Assembly: GCA_963693365.1 (NCBI GenBank)
Contig: CAVNZM010000005.1
Location: 3,244,202-3,308,201, forward strand
Reading direction: 5' to 3'
Source of the DNA: Amoebidium appalachense
Taxonomy: Eukaryota; Protista; Ichthyosporea
Length of the DNA stretch: 64,000 nucleotides
In this document: positions 12,826-26,176 of the stretch, piece by piece
Numbering within the stretch: position 1 is the stretch's first letter
How the letters are laid out: each line of letters opens with the position of its first letter
Made by a program: the position numbers and the translations under genes
The notes under the pieces: generated by a model
What the model was told of the DNA's origin: nothing
The model's input: only the letters and a program-made list of their open reading frames with translations
The model's database searches: none

Positions 12826-13177
12826 GGGTGTATGTGTGTGCGTGTGTGTACAGTGTGCATGCTTGCATAGGTGCGTAGGTCACGTGGGTTTGCATGTGTG
12901 CGTGCGTGCGTGCGCGCGCGCGCGTGTGTGTGTGTCGTGTGTGTGTGTGTGTGTGTGTGCGTGTGCGTGTGCGCGCAGGTGTATGTATGGTGTGTGTGTT
13001 TCAATGATGTGTGCATCTGCCTTAGTAACTGTTGTGGCTCGTATTTGGCATGTTCAGGCGATAAGAACGTGTACTGTCTTCTGTGTGTCTCTATTACCTC
13101 CTATGATACTCTTGTGGATGCAGGTAGCCGAAGACAAGATGTGTGCAAGTAGACGTGAAATGTGATATCTGTGGGGT

Positions 13178-15080
13178 TCATTGTAGCAACTCTTGCTTGT
13201 GAGTGACCGAACCAACATTAGGTACACTCAGATGACGCACACTTCGATCCGATGCCGTTCTTCTGAATGGAATTTCCGGTCCGGGGTCGGTTGTAGAATT
13301 CGAGTGTGAATTTCCGGGGGGTGCCAATAGACTCCGTGCACGTGCCATGGGTGAATGGGAACCGGAAACCCCACTTGTGAAACTACCGGATCGGGATCTG
13401 AAATTCTCCATTCTGGACACTCTTGGGCTTGAAGTTGGGGAATTGAATACGGAATTTGGATTATCCAGCCGTAAATGTGTGTAGCTGGAGACGGAAAGTT
13501 TATCCACCTCGTCGTATGGGGGGGGCTCATCGCCTTGAGGGAATGTCCTTAATGCACAGTCTCCCTCCGGCTGCTCAATGATTTTGGGAATTGCGGGATC
13601 CGGGGCATTTTCCAGTGAAAATGGAATTTTCAGACTTATGTCCTTGCCGGAGGTCACACGCAGATTGAGTTGGACGTAGTAGGTCACTGTGGTTGAAGTG
13701 GGTGGATATGGAGGGAGGGAGAGAGAGGGAGGGGGAGGGGGGGGGGGGGGGGGGGAGGGGATGTATGCCTTAGAGGGCTGGAAATATGGAGGAGACATCA
13801 AAAGACAAAATACAAAACGTCACAAATGAAAACCCGAAATCAACAATGCAAAATGGGGACAAACAAAAGGCGCGCAGAAAGGAGGCACTTGAACAGAGCC
13901 CATCGTCATTGGGGGAGAGAGGGGGCGGCGGCGGGGGGGGGGAGGTGGGGGGGGGGGCACGCGGGGGATTGGGAAGGGGGAAGAGAGGTGGGAGGCGAAC
14001 ATTGCCCAGGCACCTGCAGGGGGGGAGGGGGGGGGGGGGGGGACAGGGAGGGGGGGAGGGGGGAGAGGGGGGGGGGGACAGTCATTGCAGGTCAGGTTAG
14101 TGTCCGAGGCACGAGAGCAGATTCGTATAAGGGGAAAAGTGGTGCTGGGAAGAATGGAACAGGAAGTGCCGAAAGGTCGTGGTGGTGGGCGGAGAGGTTG
14201 GAGGGGGAGGGGGGGGGGGGGGGGGAGGGGGGAGGGGGGAGGGAGGAAGGAGGGGGTGGAAGTGGGGAAGGGGGAGGGGGGAGGGGGGGGGGGGAGGGGC
14301 GCGTAAAAAGGCGTGGGGAATTTATCACAGACCCCTCATTCCCCCCCCGGCACATACACACACACGTGCGCGTGCGCGCACATACACACACACACACACG
14401 TACACACACGCGCGCGCACACGCACACACACACACAGACACACACAGACACACACTCGTACCTTCCACCAGCGCATCTATCTTCTGCTCTTCCATATCGC
14501 TTTGATAATTTGCTGACGCCGCCCACTCCATCTTCCCGAATTTGCCCTCCTCTCCCCTCACCCAATGAACCGCAAGCGACCGCTTTGTGCTGATTGGATC
14601 AATATCACAGAAGATAGTTTTATGACGTGCCATGCCCACACCATCAGCGGGAACCATTTTCTGCCATATTATTGGATCCTCGGTGGTGCTGGAAATATTT
14701 GCAGAATTGCTAAATAAGGCAACTCGGGATCCATGGGTTGACGTCATCTGTTGGGTGGCAGTGATCTATCAGTTTTAAAGACAGATCCGTTATCCTGAAG
14801 TGGAAGTTGGGGTTAAAGACAGGCCGAGTGGGGACGAGAAAGGGATACTCGGAAGGAAAAGGGGGGTGTGTGTGTGTAGGTGTCTGTGTGGACGGGGGTG
14901 GAGGAGGGAAGCGGGGGGAAGGTTGGGGGGGGGGGGGGGGGGGGGGGGGGGGAGCTGGCGCTAAAGAATCTAGGATGCGAAGAGTTAAGGGAACTCAAAA
15001 CGACAATCACATGCTTTTGCATGTCCCCACCCATCCCCCCCCACTTCCCCCCCTCTTGCCGCCCCCGTCTCTACCCCTCC

Positions 15081-15117
<37 letters not shown>

Positions 15118-15637
15118 GCGAATGCATAACAAGATTCGTTCAAATCCTTGAGGACATCAGAGACAGATTGGAGGATAAGAGGAGGGTATGGATCGGGAGG
15201 AAAGGGGGTGGGGTGGGGCGGGGGTGGGTGGGTGTGTGTGTGTGGGGGGGGGGGGGGGGGGAGGGGGGAGTGGGAAAGCCATGTATACAACGGAAATGGG
15301 GTTGGAATACAATGCAGAGGGGCATAAAAAAAGATCAAACAAGTCTGATGTTGGGGGAGCGGGTCTATGTGTGATGTTGGCAATTAGTGGTAGGGGGAAA
15401 GGGGGAGGCGGCGGGGGGGGGGGGGGGGGGGGAGAGGGGGGTGGCGGGGGGGTGGGGGGGAGGGGGGGGGGAGGCGGCAAGCTTAAGCTATGCTGTGATA
15501 GGCGTGGGGGTGCAGTGAGTTTTGGTGAGTTTAGCAATGGAGGGATGTATATATGGGACAGTTTAGGGAAGGGGTGGGAGGGTGGGGGGGGTTTGGGGAA
15601 GGAAAGCAGGCCGGGCCGAGGGAAGGAGGGGGGAGGT

Positions 15638-15669
<32 letters not shown>

Positions 15670-16665
15670 GGCTGGTGAGAAAGGGAGGGAGGGGGTGGGG
15701 GGATGGGGGGGGTTGGACGTGTTACAGAGCACAAAGCACACATGCATCACAGTTCGAAATTGCAAAGCCCACACCAATAGCATGCACTATAACTGAGACA
15801 GGAGGGGGAAGGGGGCGAGGGGGGGGAGGGGCGGGGGGAGGAGAAGGGGTTGATTGGGCACTTGTAAGTACCTTTACTTCTGCTTTTGCAGCCTGAAACA
15901 CCATCACAGTCAACTGACCAACCATATCAGCAAGTGACTTGTCCTCGTTTAAAATCGCAACGTCCAATACGATTGGCTCGTCCTGGCTAAAGACATCTTT
16001 AGCCAGTGAGGCCTCCAATTGGAAGGGGGAATAGCTGGCGCCCAGCCAGTTGGTGGGTATGCGCTCGGCTTGCGCCGTAGGACGATGGCCAATGATGGGG
16101 AAGAAAAGAGAGCCCTGGAGTGAGAGGGAGTGCTCATTGGTTAAAAATCATGCTATGGTGTGCCGGTATAGTGTTGGTGCAGGTATAGTATTCAGTACAT
16201 AGCGCTATGGTTGCATGCGGGTAGTGTATTAGGATGGTATATCCTTGTGGCGTTTAGTGTGGTAGGTTGTTATTTCAGTATTAGAAAAACGCCTCTGCGT
16301 GGTTTTGGCCCCATTAAGACCAGCATTTGAGATTGTTCGAGAAGGAGCTAGGAATCTCTGCACAAACAGGGCCTAGCTAGGTATACAGGTGCACAAATGC
16401 AACAACAGAGTGAAAACACAAATGAAAAGGGCAGAAGTGATGCCAAATAATGCGAGTGAGAGAGGAGAGTGGAGGGGGACCGAAGGGGATATCGTGGGAA
16501 TGGTATCATTCTCTGAACGAAGAGAGGATGGCATGTGCAAGCACATGCACAGTCTCACACGGCACCAACACACAGGTGAACCCCTCCTCCCCCCTCCGCT
16601 ACACACGCAGACACACATACACACAGACACACACACACCCACCCACACACACACCCACCCACCCA

Positions 16666-16722
<57 letters not shown>

Positions 16723-16743
16723 ACACACACTGACACACACACT

Positions 16744-16798
<55 letters not shown>

Positions 16799-17143
16799 AC
16801 CCACACACACACCTTTTCAAAGGGGGCCTCTGCCAGCCTCCTGTCCTTCTTGGGCCCCTTCTGCATCAACCACACCCCATATTGCAACTCCCACCTGCCA
16901 TATAAGGAAGTGGGGGTAAAGATTAGTAAGACTAATAACTGGGTGTTGGGGGAGAGGGGCGAGGGGGGGGGGGGGGGAAGGGGGGGGTAGAGCATGTTGT
17001 AGAGTACGAATTACACAATTATACATGGCATGACGGACAAACACACTTAAAGCAAAGGACACACAAAGGGTGTATATATAAAACTAGAGCCCACTCTCAG
17101 GGGGAGTCGGCGAGGGGAGGGAGGAGAGGGGGGGTGGGCGAGA

Positions 17144-17183
<40 letters not shown>

Positions 17184-17934
17184 GAGGAGGGAAGGGGAGG
17201 GGGGAAGGGAAGGGGGGAGGGGAAAGGGGGGTTCCGTGGATGTTCTAGCAGCGTGTTTCTAGGTTGTTCGAACATAATGGATCAGAAGGGGTTGTGTGAT
17301 TGGCATGTGTGTGTGCCTATGTGCCTGTGTGTCAGAGTGTGCGCATGTGATAGGGCGGGGCCAGGGGGGGATAACGGCTCATTGACAACAAATGCTGCTA
17401 AACTAGGAACCCCTTACACTGCCCCCTTCCATCATCCCAACGCGCTTCAGCTATGGCCCTGCTTATTCCCCTCCTCTCACCCCCTCCACCTCCTCTCCCC
17501 TTCCCTGCTCGTTCACAGCCTTCCCCCCCCCCCCCCCCCCCTCCCCCCCTCTCCCCTCTCCCCCTCCTTCCCACCTGAACCCCCCCCCCCCCTCCTCCAC
17601 CACCACTCACCCCTTCTGCTCCTACATGGAATCAACACAACCTGAATTAAGTAAACAGAACAGTTCATGGGTATGAAAAACAAGTAACTGACTGCTATAC
17701 CAACCACCTATCAAGTGGAAGGGATGAGGGGGCAGGAGTGAGGGTGGAAAGGAAGTGTGTGTGTGTGTTTGGGTGGGGAGGGGGGAGGGGGGCGGGGGGA
17801 GCAGAAGAAGGGGGGGCGGGGGAGAGGGGGGAGGTGGGGAAGGGTGGAGCAGGTAGGTGGAAAAACTAAAAACAAAAAACGAGAAAAAGGCATAAATTTG
17901 GAGCATATGGTTACGAGAGCGAGTAAGGCCATGT

Positions 17935-17968
<34 letters not shown>

Positions 17969-18193
17969 GCCAACCTTCCGAGGTGGAATGAGGCCGGCAA
18001 GTGTTCAGGAACCACAAACACCGCTTTTACCACAGTCCGGCCTGTGGTCACTTGGTAGAAATCGTCTCGAAATTCAGGGGGGGTTTTATTCAACCTGCAA
18101 TGGCAAGATATCAGCACGATTATTGCTGCATGTCTCCTCACAACCCCCCCAACCCCCCTCCCCTGCTAGTCTCCCCTCCTGCCAAACCCCCTT

Positions 18194-18224
<31 letters not shown>

Positions 18225-18753
18225 CCCCCCCCCCCCCCCGTGTCTCCCCTCCTCCCCAAATCCCCTCCACACGCATCTGTCATTCTTTCCCTTTAAATGC
18301 CCTTTCCGCCCCTCGAGCCAGCGCCTCTACCCCCACCCCAGGAAAAAATGTGCCAGCGTGCTAGAGCACTAGGGTGGAAATGGATCACTGTAAAGCTTAG
18401 TGCACCTATTACTGGGTGTGCATGGGTGTCAAAGTATGTGTGTGGGACACTGTGGACGTATGGCAACGTGTGTGCACATCTGTATCTACACCTGTGCGTA
18501 TGTAGATATGTTTCCTTGTTTCTGCATTTTGCCTGTGTGTTTCTGTGTTTAAGTTGTGTGTGTGTAAGTGTGTGAGTGTGCGCGCGCGTGCGCGTGGCAC
18601 GTGGCGCGTGGCGCGTGGCACGCACGTGGGAGTGTGTGTGTGTGTGTGTGCGCGCGCGGGCGTATGCGTGTGTGTGCGTGTGTGTGCGTGCGCGGGCGTC
18701 ACGGTGTGTGTGTTTGTATGTGTGTGTGTGTGTGTGTTTATTTTTTGTTTGTT

Positions 18754-18816
<63 letters not shown>

Positions 18817-19393
18817 ATGTGTGCGCATGCGCTCGCCCGAGCGCATACATGTGATATGATGCGCCGCGATGTGAGTGCCTGTGTGCATGTGTGTGTGTGT
18901 GTATGTGTACGTGTCACGTGTGTGCGTGCGTGTGTGCATACGTGCGCGCGTGCGTGTGTGCATGTGTGTGTGTGTATGTGTGTGTGTGCATGTTGTGGTG
19001 TGTGCGTGCGTGCGCGCCCTTGTTTGCATGTGTGTATGTGTGTGTGCGTGGGAGCGTGTGTGTGTGTGTGCGTGGGAGCGTGTGTGTGTGTGTGTGTGTG
19101 TATTTGGCCCACGAGCGGGAAAAGAGGAGGGCCGGGGCGGGGGCATGGTATGGGTGTCTGTGAAGTGTGTTCTCATGTGATTTATGTGTGTGAAAACGAA
19201 CATCGTCTGTGCAATGTCAATGGATCTGTACTACATTGTGTTCGTGCGTGCGTGCGTGTGTGCGTGCGTGCATGCGTGTGTGCGTGTGTTCGTGCGTGCG
19301 TGGTTGTGTGCCTGTGTGTGTGGGGGTGTGCGTGCCAGCGGGCGTGCCTGCGTGCATGCGTGTGTGAGCTCTTGATTTCGTGTGCGTGCAAGC

Positions 19394-19441
<48 letters not shown>

Positions 19442-20251
19442 AAGCGTGCACGCTTGTGGGTATGCGGGTGTGCCGGTGTGTGGGTATGTGGTGCAAGGTT
19501 ACGTGTGTTTGTCGCGGCTCAGTCATTTTTTTTCCAGAAGTATGCTGCCTGCGTGTAATTGACCTGGGAATGCACAGTAGTACTATTGTTTTCACGAGCA
19601 CAGATACCAGAATCAAAGCGCATTTGTAGGGGCCCTGAGTAAGTCACCGAAAAAGTTTCAAAATGGAACCACACGAGGGCCCAACCACATCGGCTGAGTC
19701 AACTTGCTCCAAGCAGAATTATTCTGCAAAAAGCAGAACTATTCTAATAAGCCATAATCAATCTGCTAAAAGCAGAATCACTCTGCAAGCAGCAGAATCA
19801 ATCTGCTAAAAATAAAAGCTGATTGATTCTGCTTTCCCAGAATAATTCTGCTTTTTGCAGAATAATTCCGCTTTTTGCAGAATAATTCCGCCGTTGCAGA
19901 ATAAATGTGCTTTTTGCAAGTTGACTCTCTTGATGTGGTTGGGTCCTCACACGTATGACATGCAACCAAAACTGTCTCTGCCCACCTGTAAATGATGTGC
20001 GACTCTGCCACGTTCATTCTCGACGGGTCGTTTGTTCCAGACTCCCACCTGACCATTCTTCCCACCATGATCAGATAGGGCGGCAGAACAATCCGATCCA
20101 CCTCGGAGACAATAGTCACCGTTACGTTGATGGTGTCATTGTCGAAATAGTTCTCGCGGTCAAGCGAGACTGTGTATACCTCCCTTCTTTCCCCCGTCTC
20201 TTGTTTTGCGTGTGCATTGACGGGTCGCGCTTGAGCGCGAAGTAGAGACAT
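13178..20251 (-). CDS. Alpha-arrestin (ARRDC/ART-like) with PPxY motif, 6 exons, 501 aa
   Basis: Exons 20251-19986, 18094-17975, 16894-16813, 16114-15872, 14747-14462 and 13686-13178. All introns are GT-AG with consistent phases (2,2,0,0,1); total 1506 nt. Arrestin-N signature [20 protein letters not shown]; arrestin-C segments [25 protein letters not shown] and [11 protein letters not shown]...DISLKIPF; PPPY followed by a Ser-rich tail. Confidence 0.88.
19675..19948. mobile_element. Foldback MITE, Sola2-like (GAG...CTC termini, 4-bp TSD), in arrestin intron 1
   Basis: ~33-bp TIRs: GAGGGCCCAACCACATCGGCTGAGTCAACTTGC and GCAAGTTGACTCTCTTGATGTGGTTGGGTCCTC. ACAC on both flanks. The interior is a mirror-arranged array of ~20-bp GCAGAATWATTCTGC-type units. 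Confidence 0.8.
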
Positions 20252-21007
20252 TTTTTTTGTGAATAAAAGATGACTCAGTATTTTTGCATATATACCGTGT
20301 TGTAAAATTTTCAACAGAGTGTCAGTGTTACAAAGGCCTAGGTGTCAGCAGACTGGTGGCCAGCACGCGCATGTCTTAAGCTATTATCACGGGCGTACGT
20401 GCAAGGATGTCGACATAGTCAAGCTCGGCAATGGCACTCACGAAATGCGGGACTCCAGAACAAGCAGCCAAATTTAAAAGTGAGGTGTAGATAGATCATG
20501 CTTGCAGGCCTTGCACACATATGATCCGGAATGTCATCACAATGACTGGCCAATACTGTTGTTATTGACGAAGTACAACCGTGTGGAACCTTGACTGCTA
20601 GAGTAGTAAACGGCTGATATTAGGCGCATTGGGGTATGAATACGGTAGCAGCAAGGCAGTTATTTACAGTGTAGTGAGTTATTTATGGGCAACGCTTTTG
20701 TACATGTGCGTACACACGTTGTCAAACCTTTTCGCTCAAGCTTGTAGTAATATTTAGGTCTGCAACGTCAACTTCATCACTCATTGACCTGTGTTATTCT
20801 GCAACTACCCTCGTGAACAAAGCAGATGTCACTAATTCTGACAGAGGCAGAAAAAAGAAATAAATGCACCTTCAGCAACCAAATTTGAGCAGCCTCAGTG
20901 TGCGGCAGGCAGGCGGCGATGCAAGCTCTGATTGGTTAAATATTATCAACAAAATCTGAATAGATCGCAGATCGCAGCATTTGATTGGTTGAGATTCCCC
21001 ATACGGA

Positions 21008-21422
21008 CAGGGTAGGGATTACGAAAAAATCGTCGCAATAACGATTAACGAGAGACCCCGATACGAATAAGGTCAGGGTACCGTCGTAACAGCTTTCGTA
21101 TCAGGTGTGTAGCATTATAAACGCTTGAATGTGTAATTTTCCCTATTTTTTCAATATTTCTGTTCAAGAACAGCACATTCCCCCCCAAGAACATATCTAC
21201 AGCGCTTCTCATGTGCAATATCGAGCCCCGATAAGTTTTCAGGGCTTGTAATCTTGCGGTATTCAATCTGTAAAAACACGTATTTTGAGTTTTGCGACTG
21301 GAGGGGCGTTTTAGGCGGGGCTTGCAGCTCCCCAAGAACCCACCCGTTACGATTAAGAAATTGTCCGTTACGATTGGCCAAAGGGCGATACGGTAAAGCT
21401 GGCGAACCCCAGCCCAACCCTG
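21008..21422. mobile_element. Old hAT-type MITE
   Basis: Termini CAGGGTAGGG and CCCAACCCTG (9/10 inverted match). Degenerate 8-bp TSD CATACGGA / CAAATGGA (6/8). Repeated subterminal TTACGA/ACGATT motifs. Confidence 0.55.
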
Positions 21423-21468
21423 CAAATGGATCTAGGCGCTCCCTGTCACGGTGACGTCATCTCCCCTT

Positions 21469-21499
<31 letters not shown>

Positions 21500-21908
21500 C
21501 CCATGAGTCCTGATGTCGCGCGGCGGACGGCTCTACTAGCATGGTGATATTTGGCTAAGCCTTATGCTTGAAGATGAGCGCCACCCTCGTCTTGCAAAAA
21601 GGCCTACATTAAAGGTGTTGGGGGCCGGGCACCACTGTAGCTGAGCATTATGCAACTGTTTGATTGTTTATTATGTGAAACAGTATCCCTTGCCTACCGG
21701 TGCCGTGCTCAAGTTGTGCAAAAGTGTAAATATAATAAATAACTATTCATCCACAAAAACCACCATTACAGTCACAACACAAAAGATCAACTGGTGCATG
21801 TTGCCGCATCACCGGCGAGAGTGATTTGCACCACTAATAATGTACTAATCACGGCCTATTTGTGTGTGCGCACACAGGACGTGTGTGTGTGGGTGTGTAT
21901 GCCCACGT

Positions 21909-21955
<47 letters not shown>

Positions 21956-22632
21956 CGCGTGTGTTCATGTGTATGTGTGTGTGTGCGTGTGCACGTGTGT
22001 GTGTGTGCACCGTGTGCGCACATGAACATGAAGAGATCTGTGATATGATCTTTGTATGTATTTCAAAAGTGTTTCTGTGTGCCTATCTGTGAGTGGTGCT
22101 GGTAGGTACATGTTTTTTCGTGTGTGTGTGTTACTGTGTGTGTGTGTGTGCATGCGTGCGTGTCTGTGTATGTGTGCCTATGTGTGTACGAGTGCGTGCG
22201 CTCTTGTGTGTGTTTGTATGCGTATGAGCGCCCACGAGTGTGTGCCCGTTTGTGTATGTGTGTGTATGAATGTGAGTGTTCGCGCCCCACCCACCCGCAC
22301 GTGTGTCTGTATGTGTGTGTATATGACTGTCGAATACGTGTATTTGTCGGCTTGTCGGACAAACATTTGATCTTGTGTGTTCACTTTAAATTGTTCAACC
22401 CAAGATGTACTACACGTCGTCTATCCGTGAGTAAGTGTTTGTGTGCAGGATAACTATGTGAGCGTGCATTTTTGTGCGCGCACACAAGCGTGTGTGAGTG
22501 AGCTTGGATGGGTGTCTTGTGGTGTTTTGGTCTGTGCGCATCGTTGCCCGTTGGACCAGTAGATGTGTGAACATGCGCATGTGTGTGTCCACCTGCTTGG
22601 CGCATGCGGGATATGGCACATCGACTTTGCCT

Positions 22633-22715
<83 letters not shown>

Positions 22716-22879
22716 CTTGCGTGTGTGTGTTTGTGCGCATGGGTTAGTGCGCGTGTGTGCACCGTATGGGTGTGTGTGTGTGCGAGCGTCTGCACGCAAG
22801 CATGTGTGTGCGCCAGAATGTGATCCCGTGCTTGCAGGTGCGTGTGCTTGCGTGTGTGTGAGTGTTTGGGCATGCGCAC

Positions 22880-23290
22880 GTTTTCCGGTGTTATTGCCCC
22901 AGCTGTATACCGTTTCACCCACATAGCCCGATGAGTATGTATTCTTCCTCCCCGCCACAGCTCGCAAGGCAAGGGTGATAGCATTTATAAGAGTGGCAAC
23001 TGCATCTCCTTCGATATGCATCAAACACGAGACGCCATACTCAGTAGAAAAGTCGACGTTGGTTGGTAGCCTTACTATAAATGGGTTCGACCGCATGTTT
23101 GGACATATGTTGACCCTGCCTACTACTAAACTAGACCTGGCCAGGGATTTTATGTTTAGAGTTGCCTTGGTCACGGTTCTATCTGCACAGAGTACCCTAT
23201 AGCGATCGGTACTTGCAATGGGGGGTCGGCTCCTAATTAGACTTCGGCAAAAATCGTCAGATTGAATAAAGTTAAAAGACGCATTACAAC
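22880..23290 (-). pseudogene. Possible exon or gene relic with a degenerate RCC1-like repeat
   Basis: ~135 stop-free, high-complexity codons ending ...LRAVAGRKNTYSSGYVGETVYSWGNNTG. Candidate acceptor TTATTCAG at ~23291 and donor GTGCGC at ~22879. No start codon or partner exons established. Confidence 0.25.
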
Positions 23291-25014
23291 CTGAATAATG
23301 GTGCGTGATTGGACAATTACAAACGATCCATTGTATAAATCATTTAGAACTGGGATACGTTGTGTTTCAGAATTTGTTTTTGCTTTTTCCCGGAAAACAC
23401 ATACATCTATTGTTACAGTCAGCCCCCCCAAAATCGTCCACGTAAAAGGCACCATAATATAATACTGTATCTCGAGTCTTCAAAAATATTAGAAACATAT
23501 TAGAATATAATATAAGTTCAATTTAAACTGTAGCTAAAAAATAAAAGAAAAACAGCTTTGTGCTAGCGAAGCGCCGCCGCGGCTCATAGAATTCTACTTG
23601 GTTTGGAAAGGCGATCCAATTCGAACCCTGATCTAAAGCTTGCTTGACCTCAAGCGGCAAAAGGAACCAAAACCCACCGTTAGGTTTCAAGTAGGGTTGC
23701 TCAAGGTCTATAGACAAACAGAGGGCGCTGGTTGGTGCATTGAAAATGAAATTTATAGCAAATATATTTAGTGAACTGCAATTCCTGCAAGAAACATTTG
23801 CGGAAAGAGAAGTGAGCGAGATTTTTTTCTTCTGCGTTCGCCAAGCTATAGCAAAACATGATCAATCTGATCATAGGACCTTTAGCTAGAATTAATCAAA
23901 AAATGAGAAAAAATAGAAAAAACGCATAGAGCACCTTGGTGTCTTGAGTTTACTTTGAAATATAATGTTTTCATATTATTTGTATGTGTTTCATGAAGAC
24001 CCTGCATCTAGCGGTTTATGCCTCACGTGTTATGGGAGACAGCAGTCAGCTGATCTGATCAAATAATTTGCCCTAGTAAATTGCGTAGCGAATCCGATGA
24101 GACGTAGTACGTCACTGTGAGCTGTGTTCTCTCTGTATAATTATGCGCAGCGCCGCCCGCACATGCCCGGACGGTGCAGTTCACCATAGATGCCATGTCA
24201 GATATATCCGGTCAGAAGACACATTTTGTTTCCGCCAAACTTCCGCAACAACCAAAGTATTAAGTAATATATTGGAAGTGCATTTTGCCAAATATGGTTA
24301 GCAATGTTGATATATCGCAGTTGTTTATTATGTATTTGTTTTCTGTACTGTACATGTATGTATATATGAGGTCCGTAGCCTTATGCACGAACAATTTCAC
24401 GGGATAAGAAACCTTACTCGACCAATTCATTTTGATATACTGGATAAATCATGTGTCGGACATAAAATCTAAATGCTAGATTTCCCTACGCATTGATATT
24501 TGATTGGCCGAGGGGGTTTACCCAAGATCACGACAGATGCGTTCCTTGCAGCCAGCACTCAGTGGCCTTCCCGAAGTTCCCATCAGTCCCGACTCCCCTA
24601 CAATAGCGATCATGCTGAAGGTAAAAGCGAGCTGAACCTGTCAATTCGAAATAATAATCTCTTGCTTGTGTAAAACTTTATTGTGTATGCGTGGTAACTG
24701 TAGAAAGTCTGTCTGGATGTGGCATAGTACCCTGTGGAATGTGGGAATGCATACCGAAAAATCCCTTTGAAGCGCAGCACAATTTTCTGTTTACCTACTG
24801 ATGTGCATGTCCTCACTCCTCCAGCAGGTATACACGTTAGCCAACAATCTATAACTTTATAAAAGGCCGAGTTTATAAACCTAAAATAAAAGGTTGGCAT
24901 TATTTAAGGGCTTATGTTCTGCGAAATAATATTATATTCTGATGATGAGATGCACGGGCTAGAGCTGTGCTCGAATGGTCTTTTTTACCCTATTTTAGTT
25001 GGTAGCTTTTTGAT

Positions 25015-25095
25015 CCAATCATATATAGGTCCATAAATTATCAGCTCTCGATTGGCTGTGGCAAGATAAAACGCGGCTACTGCTGTGTATATAAG
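25015..25095 (+). promoter_or_regulatory. Putative core promoter of the secreted glycoprotein gene
   Basis: CCAAT at 25015, ATTGG at 25051 and TATATAAG at 25088, ~170 bp upstream of ATG 25259. Confidence 0.5.
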
Positions 25096-25258
25096 CAAGC
25101 AGCATGTTAATTTTACCCAGCGCTGCTAGCTGCTGTCGACATTGTTCTTTGGCACGCAAGTCGTGAAGTCTCTTCGACAGTTGAAATCACCATTTATTAG
25201 TCACACCTTTTTCGGTGGTAATATCATAGTAAAGATATCAAATACGCCTCATTTCACC

Positions 25259-26104
25259 ATGAAGCAGTTTTTTACCGTTGTGGCTGCCGCCACTGCGGTC
25301 TCCGCCGCCCCATCAGTCGTGCAAGACCTTCTGGGTGCCCTGTCTTCGGGTGCAAATGCCATCCAGACAGGTGTGGCTGGAGCTATCTCAGACGCATCCA
25401 GCGCAATTCACTCGGGCGTAGCTCAGGCAACGGGCGAGGCGGGTGGCTTTGGAAATGAGATTCTGGGTGATTTGAATGGGTTGCTTGCCACACCAACAGC
25501 CGACTCGAACGACATCAACATTCCCCTCCCTCCTCTCGTCACGGGCATTCCGGGCATCAACCTCCCCACCAGCCTTTTCATTCCCTTCCCTAACGACTTC
25601 GACCCTGCAAAGCACAACGGCTCACTCACCAAACTCCCGGATCTCAACGATATTCCAATCCCCAAAATTCCATCCCTTCCACTGTCCGGCAACGAGTTGA
25701 AAGAAGTGGAAGAGGGAGACCGTTTCCGCTTTACCATAATCATGCACCCCAAGTCCGTTAACGTGACCATTGCCCCGGAGGCAGGCTCAGCCAATGGCAC
25801 AGCTACAAATGGCACGGCCCCTACCGCAGCAAGTGCAAACGGTACCAACACAACAGTGGCTGCACGAAACACATCCACAGAGAGTGGGTCAGGCAGTGTT
25901 TATGTGAACAAGCCCGGCGAGAAGAAGATTGGGTTCTGGGAGGTCAATGCTGCACCCAAGATGGCCAGTGCTGTGGCCCCACGCCCCATCGACCTGGCTG
26001 CCCTTTCCTTCGACGTCGAGAAGCTTCTTCTTCAGCCTGAGCTGTGGCTGTTCACTCAGGAGGTCACCGACAACTACACAAGTGGTGAGTTTTCTTCCAC
26101 CCCT

Positions 26105-26176
<72 letters not shown>

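Noticed and set aside
14556-14562. Alternative arrestin donor TGG|GTGAGG
   Set aside because: Phase 0 is incompatible with the phase-1 acceptor at 13686; the donor after 14462 fits.
19712-19920. ~20-bp palindromic repeats resembling a CRISPR array or operator array
   Set aside because: No unique spacers, no cas genes, eukaryotic context; explained as MITE subterminal repeats.
23080-23630. GGTTCGA T-loop-like words suggesting tRNAs
   Set aside because: No cloverleaf or A-box at the proper spacing.
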